From sequence record DRR723986_7331: a DNA stretch of 43,086 bases, one strand, 5' to 3'. The position numbers and the translations under genes were made by a program. Position 1 is the stretch's first letter, and the number at the start of each line of letters is the position of its first letter. Shown here one piece after another: positions 34,958 through 43,086 of this stretch. The notes under the pieces are model-generated. The model was not told the origin of the DNA. It ran no database searches and saw only the letters and a list, made by a program, of their open reading frames with translations.

Positions 34958-35632
34958 TTACATCGATGTATTCAAATGCGGTGGCAGATGGTTCACACCA
35001 TTGAAACTGAGTAAGCTGACTTTGCCTTTTGAATACAGTACCTCGGTGAGCGAAGCATTTCGAATGACACGCAACAGGCTGTACCAACTGGAGTTGGGAA
35101 GATTCATGACTTCACACACCAGCGCGGCGATCGACCCCGCCGAGGTCACGACCAGTTGAGTTTGCCCTGAAGCTTGTTGCGCCTGTGTGTGCGAACTTAA
35201 CCAATCGCGTAACTGTTCACGAAATTCACCAAGGCTTAATCGCCCCGGGATACGCACCTCACCATTGGCCCAGGCCCGGCAGGTTGCATCGTAATCACGC
35301 AATATCTCGATGCGTTCGCGCCCTGCGTTCAAGGCCATGGATCGACCCAGAAACTGCTCTGCGGCACTGAAAATTTCCTCTCCTTCAGCAAACTCATCAA
35401 GCGCTGCATGCGTTATTGCAGGTGAATCAAACCCTGCACCTGCCAGTAGCAACGAAGCCGTGTTCGCCTGCCTTTGGCGAGGGCCATGCAACACCTTATC
35501 CGGTGTAATGCCATGCGCTTTCATCCACTGCCCCGTGGCACGTGCTTGTGCTTGCCCCAGTTCTGACAAGGCATCATATCGCGCTGCGCCAAAAGAGGCT
35601 TGACCGTGCCGCATCAACACCAAGGTACTCAT
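34958..35632 (-). CDS. Histidine phosphatase family protein
   Basis: LMRHGQASFG, RQRQANT, LDEF and NASLT. ATGA overlap with the upstream gene. Confidence 0.88.
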   Translation of the reverse strand: MSTLVLMRHGQASFGAARYDALSELGQAQARATGQWMKAHGITPDKVLHGPRQRQANTASLLLAGAGFDSPAITHAALDEFAEGEEIFSAAEQFLGRSMALNAGRERIEILRDYDATCRAWANGEVRIPGRLSLGEFREQLRDWLSSHTQAQQASGQTQLVVTSAGSIAALVCEVMNLPNSSWYSLLRVIRNASLTEVLYSKGKVSLLSFNGVNHLPPHLNTSM

Positions 35633-36003
35633 GCCAACTCGCCTTTCAATACTTTGGGGTTGCTGGCCAGCAAGCGGCTTTTGCCCATATCGCGCAAATG
35701 ATTCAACACCACCCCACGTTCAGTGCTTTCGGGGTCAGCAAACCCTGCACGAATGCGCGCCGCAAGTTCACGATTGGCTTGTGCCACATCGAACACGGGC
35801 TCACCCAACAACTGGGCCAACGCTTGCTGTTCGCGCTCATCAGGGGCTGTTCCCTGCTGAAATTCTCGCTGCGCAATCGACATGGCATTCATCACCATCA
35901 ACACATCTCGCTTGGCATCGCCCTGCAGCATAGGCAACACTTTGCTTTTAAGTAGCTCACGCGCACACTGCAAAAGCAATTCACCAGTGGGTTGTTCACG
36001 CAT
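35629..36003 (-). CDS. LvaB-like small helical partner of the kinase (DUF6285-type)
   Basis: MREQPTGELLL...VLP...MVMNAMSIAQRE...LAARIRAG...SNPK. Start ATG 36003 overlaps the kinase stop (TGATG). Confidence 0.72.
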   Translation of the reverse strand: MREQPTGELLLQCARELLKSKVLPMLQGDAKRDVLMVMNAMSIAQREFQQGTAPDEREQQALAQLLGEPVFDVAQANRELAARIRAGFADPESTERGVVLNHLRDMGKSRLLASNPKVLKGELA

Positions 36004-37031
36004 CAGTTGTGCTCCGTCATGTTCAAAATTTCCCATTCCAGCTCCGGCACAATATGGCCAGTCAACGCAAGCAACAGGGAGTTTTCTTGCCCAGAACAAA
36101 AGCGTTGTGCCTGTTCAATGGCCACCACCGCCCAACGCACATGGGCCATCACTTCCCAATAATGGATTTGATCGCGATCAATCATGCGGCCTGATTCAGC
36201 TTCATAAGCTTCGTAGAAATGTTCACGCTCGCCAATGCCGCCTGCCTGTAAATCGTCTTGCCCAAAGCGCCAGCATTTGGCACAGAACCAGCCAATATCC
36301 TCCAGCGGATCGCTCCAACCCGCAAACTCCCAGTCCAGAATACCGGTCAGCCCATGTTCATCCACCATGTAATTGCCGGTGCGAAAATCGCCATGTGCCA
36401 GTGTAATCAAGTCGCGTGCCGGCGCGTGGCGCTCAAGCCAACGCAAACCCCATTCCAGTGCCGGGTAAGCGGTGTGGTGTTGATCCAGAAACTCGCGATG
36501 GGTATTGATCCGATAATGCGCGGGCGATTCAGCGTAGGTGTGCAAAAAATCAAGCGCTTTCTGGGGCGGCCTGATCGAATGGATACGCGCCAATTCTTTG
36601 CCCAAACGATGAGCCAGTTCAACACGATCAGGTGCATAAGTGGTGTTCTTCACCAATACATGGCCTGCTGCTGTGCCGCCTATTCTGCGCATCACAAAAA
36701 ACGGGCGACCAACCACGGAAGTGTCGGTGCACAAACACAAGGGTTGCGGCACGGTCACACCTGCATTGAACACGGTTTGCAACAAAGCGAATTCCTGCGC
36801 ACGACCGTGGCTGATGGCCACACCTGCAGTGGGTGAATCGCAGCGCAATACAGTGTTCAATCGGCCACCTTGAGTAGTTTCATGAACACCACCAGTGACT
36901 CGCAAATCCAGTGCCCAGTTTTCCTGTACAGCACCGCCTGAAAGTAAGGCAGCTTGCAAGATTTCAACCCTGTCAGCCAGCAGGGCCTGCGTCAAGTATT
37001 TTTCCAGTGACTGCTTTTGACTGTCGTTCAT
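36003..37031 (-). CDS. APH-family phosphotransferase, LvaA-like 4-hydroxyacyl-CoA kinase
   Basis: LSGGAVQENW, HGDFRTGN, ILDWEF and EDIGWFCAKCWRFG. Confidence 0.85.
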   Translation of the reverse strand: MNDSQKQSLEKYLTQALLADRVEILQAALLSGGAVQENWALDLRVTGGVHETTQGGRLNTVLRCDSPTAGVAISHGRAQEFALLQTVFNAGVTVPQPLCLCTDTSVVGRPFFVMRRIGGTAAGHVLVKNTTYAPDRVELAHRLGKELARIHSIRPPQKALDFLHTYAESPAHYRINTHREFLDQHHTAYPALEWGLRWLERHAPARDLITLAHGDFRTGNYMVDEHGLTGILDWEFAGWSDPLEDIGWFCAKCWRFGQDDLQAGGIGEREHFYEAYEAESGRMIDRDQIHYWEVMAHVRWAVVAIEQAQRFCSGQENSLLLALTGHIVPELEWEILNMTEHN

Positions 37032-37042
37032 CGCGAGCTAAC

Positions 37043-37816
37043 CTACAAAGCGCTGACCAAATGCCCGCGGTCCACTGCCACGCAAGCGCCAGTCATCCCC
37101 ACCCCAGCATTGGAGGCCAACAGCAATAGTGGCCCGGTCAAATCGCTGAGTTCGCAAAACTGCCGTGTAGGAATTCGTTTGCGCAGTTTTTCTCCCAATT
37201 CACTGGCCAAAAACTCGCTGTTCATATCAGTAGCCACATAACCTGGCAAAATTGCATTCACGCGAATGTTGTAACGCGCCAGTTCAAGCGCCATGACCTT
37301 GGTGGCCTGCACCAAACCTGCTTTTGAAATGGCGTAAGGCCCTACTGAGCCGCCAACTCGTTCACCCAAAATGGATGCGATGTTCACAATCGCCCCCGGT
37401 TTACCTGCAGCAGCCAAGGCGCGCGCAAATTCAGTGCCCACCAGCCAGCAACCTTTCAGGTTGGTATCCAGTATTTGGTCCCAGTCGTCTTCGGTTTGCT
37501 CCAGCATGGGTTTGGCAATCGACTGGCCGGCATTGTTGATCAACACATCAGGCACACCATGGTGCTGAGTAATGTTCGCCATGGCTGCGCTCACTGAAGA
37601 CGATTTGCTGACGTCCATGGCCACCGAAAAAGCTCTGCCACCAGCTGCCTGAATTTGATCCATCACTTGCTGCAATTTCTCAATGTTGCGGGCACTCAAC
37701 ACCACGGTTGCCCCGGCATTGGCGAGCACCTGCGAAAAGTGTTTTCCCAGACCACTCGAAGCACCAGTCACCAGCGCCAATTTGCCTTGCATGGAAAACA
37801 GATCATTGTTGCTCAT
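37043..37816 (-). CDS. Short-chain dehydrogenase/reductase, LvaD-like
   Basis: TGASSGLG, NNAG and YAISK (YxxxK), in lva-like context. Confidence 0.85.
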   Translation of the reverse strand: MSNNDLFSMQGKLALVTGASSGLGKHFSQVLANAGATVVLSARNIEKLQQVMDQIQAAGGRAFSVAMDVSKSSSVSAAMANITQHHGVPDVLINNAGQSIAKPMLEQTEDDWDQILDTNLKGCWLVGTEFARALAAAGKPGAIVNIASILGERVGGSVGPYAISKAGLVQATKVMALELARYNIRVNAILPGYVATDMNSEFLASELGEKLRKRIPTRQFCELSDLTGPLLLLASNAGVGMTGACVAVDRGHLVSAL

Positions 37817-37825
37817 GGTTTTTCC

Positions 37826-38995
37826 TTATTGTTTGTCCAGGCCTGCAATCAGTTTTTTGCCCATGCTGAAGCGGTGCACTTCACTGGGGCCATCATAAAT
37901 TCTGAAAGCGCGCATGTCCGTGAAAATGCGGCTCACGATGGTTTCACCTGTGACGCCCTGCCCACCCAGAATTTGCACGCTGCGATCCACGACCCGCCAC
38001 TCGGCTTCGGAGCACACCACCTTCGCACGGCTCGATTCAAAATTACAACGCTCGCCTTGGTCCAGCATCCAGGCGGTGTGCCAAATGTGCAAACGCGCCG
38101 TGTGCAAATCCATTTCATTGTCAGCCAACATAAAACTAACACCCTCATGTGCACCCAACTGCACACCAAAGGCCTGCCGTTTGCGGGCGTAGTTCAATGC
38201 AATGTCGTGTGTGCGGCGTGCCTGCCCCAGCCAGCGCATGCAATGGGTTAAACGGGCCGGTGCAAGGCGCACTTGCGCATATCGAAACCCCTTGCCAATT
38301 TCACCCAATACACTGCTTTCATGCACACGCAAATTGTTGAACTTCAACACGCCATGCCCACCAGTAAAACAGGCGTCCATTGCATCCATGGTGCGCACAT
38401 ACTCAATGCCGGGGGCATTCATATCGCTTAAAAACATGGTGGCGGTGCCGTCTTCCATTTTCGCCATGATGATGGCAAAGCTCGCCCCTTCCGCGCCGGT
38501 GATAAACCACTTGTCACCGTTGATCACGTAGTGGTCGCCATCTTTCACTGCGGTGGTTTGCATCATCGAGGGGTCAGCACCAGCGCCGGGCGCGGGCTCG
38601 GTCATGGCGAAACACGAACGAATTTTTCCCTGCACCATGGGTTTGAGCCAGCGTTCTTTTTGTTCGGGTGTGGCCACCACTTCCAGCAAGTGAATATTGC
38701 CTTCATCGGGCGCATGAATATTCATGGCCGTGGGCCCCAAGGTGGAGTAACCAGCCTCTTCAAATGCAATTGCTTTTTCAATGTGGCTCCAGCCGCGCCC
38801 ACCCAGTTCTTTGGACGCATGTGGGGTCAGCAAACCTGCCCTGCGGGCCAAACCCACCAATTCCTCGCGCAGTTCCTCAGAAGGTCCATGTGCAGTTTGA
38901 CGTGGGTCTTTCTCCAGAGGAATGATCTGTTCAGCAATGAAAGTTCTCACCTCATCTTGAAGTGATTTCAATGCAGGGGTCAGGGAAAAATCCAT
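37826..38995 (-). CDS. Acyl-CoA dehydrogenase family protein, LvaC-like
   Basis: APDEGN, SCFAMTEP, AQVRLAPARLTHCMR and FRIYDGPSEVH. Very similar to P. putida LvaC as I recall it. Start moved to ATG 38995. Confidence 0.9.
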   Translation of the reverse strand: MDFSLTPALKSLQDEVRTFIAEQIIPLEKDPRQTAHGPSEELREELVGLARRAGLLTPHASKELGGRGWSHIEKAIAFEEAGYSTLGPTAMNIHAPDEGNIHLLEVVATPEQKERWLKPMVQGKIRSCFAMTEPAPGAGADPSMMQTTAVKDGDHYVINGDKWFITGAEGASFAIIMAKMEDGTATMFLSDMNAPGIEYVRTMDAMDACFTGGHGVLKFNNLRVHESSVLGEIGKGFRYAQVRLAPARLTHCMRWLGQARRTHDIALNYARKRQAFGVQLGAHEGVSFMLADNEMDLHTARLHIWHTAWMLDQGERCNFESSRAKVVCSEAEWRVVDRSVQILGGQGVTGETIVSRIFTDMRAFRIYDGPSEVHRFSMGKKLIAGLDKQ

Positions 38996-39010
38996 GGGGC
39001 ACTCCGTGTC

Positions 39011-39052
39011 AGTCGATACATCTACTGTAATCGACTTCAACACGACAGCCAA
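39011..39052 (-). promoter_or_regulatory. Candidate sigma70 promoter with an overlapping inverted repeat for the lva-like operon
   Basis: Minus-strand TTGGCT-N17-TACAGT. The inverted repeat AGTCGAT...ATCGACT (39011-39036) straddles the -10 and +1 region. Confidence 0.45.
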
Positions 39053-39104
39053 AATACAAGAGGTAGGCCTGTCCTATGGATTACCCTGAAAAGCGGGAAA
39101 AACC

Positions 39105-39995
39105 TTACTTCCAGGGCAATGCTGGTGCAGCCAGGCGTGGCGCAACACCGGTGCTGGCTGATTCGTTGAGCACATCGCCAAAACGCGGATCGCCCTGCTC
39201 CCAATCCTTTTGGGCTTGTGCAATCGCTTCCTTGCTGTGCCCCACGAAATTCCACCACATTTGCACGGGTGACTCGAACGGCACACCGCCCAACAACAAG
39301 ACGCGTGTATTGGCGCCGAGCGTTATCTCCAGACGTTCGGAGCCTTTCTCAATGTAGGCGAATTCTTCAGGCGTGTAATTTTCGCCTTGCACACTCAACT
39401 GCCCGGTCAATGGCAAAAATCCGTACTCAAACTCCGGGTTCAAATGCAGTGTGGCTTGGCCGCCGTGCAGGCTGAACAAGTCCATGCCAAGCATTGGCGA
39501 ATGCACTGCGGTGGGTGCGTTGTATCCCTCGTAGGTGCCAGCCAGCAAGGTGTATTGAACGTCCTCGACATGCCAAACAGGCAATTCCGGATAATGCGCA
39601 AAATCGGGTTCACAATTGGCCAGTTCTTCTGGCAATGCGATCCACAACTGCGCAGCATGCAGGCGGCCACCATTCACCACTGAATCTTCCGTGTGCACAA
39701 TGCCACGCCCCGCAGTCATGAGGTTCACCTGCCCTGGGCGAATAATCAGCGCATTGCCCAGGCTGTCTTTGTGCAGCACTTCGCCATCGATCAACCAGGT
39801 GAATGTTTGTAATGCGGTGTGCGGGTGTGCGCCCACGTGCATGCCTTTGCCCGGGGCAAAGTCCACTGGCCCTGCGTGGTCCAGAAAACACCATGCCCCA
39901 ACCATGCGCTGGTGGCGACTGGGCAAGGCACGTTTCACCAACATGCCTTCGCCCAAGTCTGCACTGCGCAGTTCAATTCGCTTGATTTTGTTCAT
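39105..39995 (-). CDS. Pirin family protein
   Basis: GAWCFLDH, HPH, LMTAGRGIVHTE, QLWIALP and WWNFV. Confidence 0.93.
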   Translation of the reverse strand: MNKIKRIELRSADLGEGMLVKRALPSRHQRMVGAWCFLDHAGPVDFAPGKGMHVGAHPHTALQTFTWLIDGEVLHKDSLGNALIIRPGQVNLMTAGRGIVHTEDSVVNGGRLHAAQLWIALPEELANCEPDFAHYPELPVWHVEDVQYTLLAGTYEGYNAPTAVHSPMLGMDLFSLHGGQATLHLNPEFEYGFLPLTGQLSVQGENYTPEEFAYIEKGSERLEITLGANTRVLLLGGVPFESPVQMWWNFVGHSKEAIAQAQKDWEQGDPRFGDVLNESASTGVAPRLAAPALPWK

Positions 39996-40018
39996 GTCAA
40001 AATCATAACGGTTTGCGC

Positions 40019-40639
40019 TTACTTCGTCAGTGCCGTGTAGCTGGTAATCAGGTTGCGATAGTCTGGAATGTGATTCGAGAACAAGGCACCCAAGCCTTCA
40101 ATGTCGTTGCGCCAATCACGGTGCAGTTCACATGCCACACCAAACCAGGTCATCAACTGTGCTCCTGCATTGCTCATTCTTTCCCAAGCGGAATCGCGCG
40201 TCAGTTCATTGAAGGTGCCCGAAGCATCGGTCACCACAAACACCTCGTAGCCCTCTTCAAGCGCAGACAAAGTCGGGAAAGCCACACACACCTCAGTCAC
40301 CACACCCGCAATAATCAACTGTTTTTTGCCGGTGGCTTTGACTGCAGCCAGAAACTCGTCATTGTCCCAGGCATTGATCTGTCCCGGGCGGGCAATGTAA
40401 GGTGCATCCGGAAAAATCTCTTTCAACTCGGGCACTAAGGGGCCGTTCGGGCCAGTTTCAAAACTGGTGGTCAAAATAGTGGGCAATTTGAAATATTTCG
40501 CCAAATCGGCCAAGGCCAACACATTGTTTTTGAAACGATCAGGATCGATATCCCGCACCAGCGACAGCAAACCGGCCTGATGATCCACCAGCAGCACCGC
40601 AGCGTTGTTTTTGTCGAGACGAATGTAAGGCTTGCTCAT
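40019..40639 (-). CDS. ycaC: Isochorismatase-family cysteine hydrolase YcaC
   Basis: LLVDHQAGL, RPGQINAWD, GVVTEVCV and ELHRDWR. Start at ATG 40639 with an AAGGAAG Shine-Dalgarno. Confidence 0.93.
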   Translation of the reverse strand: MSKPYIRLDKNNAAVLLVDHQAGLLSLVRDIDPDRFKNNVLALADLAKYFKLPTILTTSFETGPNGPLVPELKEIFPDAPYIARPGQINAWDNDEFLAAVKATGKKQLIIAGVVTEVCVAFPTLSALEEGYEVFVVTDASGTFNELTRDSAWERMSNAGAQLMTWFGVACELHRDWRNDIEGLGALFSNHIPDYRNLITSYTALTK

Positions 40640-40725
40640 GGTGTCTTCCTTTTCATTGACAGTTAATAATGGCAATATGCTATTGAAACAATCAATCATT
40701 GATAAGCTGGCATAAACTCAACAAT

Positions 40726-40745
40726 TTGTTCTATTGATGGAACAA
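40726..40745. promoter_or_regulatory. Inverted repeat, candidate LysR recognition site
   Basis: TTGTTCTA-TTGA-TGGAACAA between the divergent ycaC and LysR genes. Confidence 0.5.
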
Positions 40746-40762
40746 TAAAAAAGCAAATACAC

Positions 40763-41677
40763 ATGGACCTCAACGACCTGTATTACTTTGCCAAGGTGGT
40801 TGAACATCAGGGTTTCTCAGCTGCGGCGCGTGCTCTGGGTGTTCCGAAATCAAAAATAAGCCGCCGCATCGCCGAGCTTGAAAAGCGCCTGAACACGCAA
40901 CTGCTGTATCGATCAACGCGCAAGCTACACATCACAGAAATCGGAAAAACTTACTACCAGCACTGCAAGGCCATGTTGATTGAGGCCGAAAGTGCACAGG
41001 AATTGATTGAACAAAATCATTCCGAGCCACGTGGCCTGATCCGCATGACCTGCCCCATCGCATTGCTGCATGCACACATTGGCGACATGCTGGCAGAATT
41101 TCTGGTGAAACATCCGCAAGTGACAGTGCACATGGAAGCCAGCAACAGGCGGGTGGATGTGGTGGCCGAGGGAGTTGACCTGGCCATACGGGTTCGCCCC
41201 TTGCCGCTTGAAAACAGCGATCTGGTGCTCAAAGTTCTTTCAGACAGGGGACTGTGTCTGGTTGCGTCTCCCCGGTTGATCCGAAAAATGGGGCTTCCAA
41301 AACATCCCACTGAGTTGACTGAATGGCCAAGTCTTGGTTTGGGACAAACACAGGGGAATGTACAAAACAACTTTGAGTGGTGCCTGACTCATCTCAGTGG
41401 GGAGCGAGTGGTCGTGCCTTTTTCTCCCCGACTGGTAACGACCGACATGACAGCCCTGCGGGCTAGTGCGATGGCAGGGGTGGGGGTGGTTCAATTGCCC
41501 AATCTGATGGTGCCCGAACAGGTCGCCGACGGGCGATTGGTCAAATTGCTTCCAGAGTGGTCTCCGCGTCGCGAAATCATTCACGTGGTGTTTCCATCGA
41601 GGCGCGGCATGCTGCCCGCAGTGCGTGCACTGATCGACTTTCTCTGCCAGAAGTACGACTCCTTCGATGAGGAGTGA
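40763..41677 (+). CDS. LysR-family transcriptional regulator (CrgA/DmlR-like)
   Basis: N-terminal HTH FSAAARAL...ISRRIAELE, RSTRKL and EGVDLAIR. Confidence 0.95.
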   Translation: MDLNDLYYFAKVVEHQGFSAAARALGVPKSKISRRIAELEKRLNTQLLYRSTRKLHITEIGKTYYQHCKAMLIEAESAQELIEQNHSEPRGLIRMTCPIALLHAHIGDMLAEFLVKHPQVTVHMEASNRRVDVVAEGVDLAIRVRPLPLENSDLVLKVLSDRGLCLVASPRLIRKMGLPKHPTELTEWPSLGLGQTQGNVQNNFEWCLTHLSGERVVVPFSPRLVTTDMTALRASAMAGVGVVQLPNLMVPEQVADGRLVKLLPEWSPRREIIHVVFPSRRGMLPAVRALIDFLCQKYDSFDEE

Positions 41678-41731
41678 CCAACTTTTTTTCCGGTATTAAT
41701 ATGGAAGACATGCTGAAGGTCAAAAATATCA

Positions 41732-41768
41732 ATTGCCCCTGCCTATAGGGTAAATTTATAAAAACAAC
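41732..41768 (+). promoter_or_regulatory. OxyR-like site upstream of katG
   Basis: ATTG-N7-CTAT-N7-ATTT-N7-CAAC, an 11/16 match to ATAG-N7-CTAT-N7-ATAG-N7-CTAT. Confidence 0.45.
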
Positions 41769-41815
41769 TTGATTGATAGGATTTAGCACCCTACACTGAA
41801 TTCAGCAGTTAATAA

Positions 41816-43086
<1,271 letters not shown>

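Noticed and set aside
39036-39052. Sigma54 promoter for the lva-like operon (TGGCTGTCGTGTTGAA)
   Set aside because: Has GA instead of the conserved -12 GC and lacks the CACG core.

Overview
This is a gene-dense, roughly 43 kb bacterial chromosomal segment with about 41 CDS. Gene content and style suggest a Burkholderiales betaproteobacterium such as Limnobacter; that taxonomic call is inference only. I found no rRNA, tRNA, CRISPR array, transposase or integrase. In order, the window holds: (1) a DUF6351-type lipoprotein hydrolase; (2) a probable seven-gene operon of amidoligase, class I glutamine amidotransferase, YqaA, arsH and modABC; (3) ohr/ohrR; (4) a run of exported proteins (Tat dienelactone hydrolase, HExxH protein, ChaN-type lipoprotein, Tat intradiol dioxygenase); (5) a PhaC-like hydrolase with a Ser nucleophile; (6) a PQQ alcohol-oxidation module (PedS2/PedR2-like two-component system, pentapeptide protein, Ca-type ExaA, PqqU/YncD-like TonB receptor, Fe-ADH) whose intergenic regions share a CGGGA-N5-TCCCG palindrome; (7) an exported catalase-fold protein lacking the distal His, then a nitroreductase; (8) a di-haem lipoprotein divergent from a ceramidase and DUF3089 lipoprotein pair, plus an AdeT-like binding protein; (9) a Fur-boxed siderophore receptor back to back with an ECF42 sigma factor and its SnoaL/DGPF targets; (10) an lvaCDAB-like 4-hydroxy/4-oxo acid operon with an added histidine phosphatase; (11) pirin, ycaC and a LysR regulator; (12) the 5' part of katG. 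All family calls come from motif recognition by eye, not from database searches.
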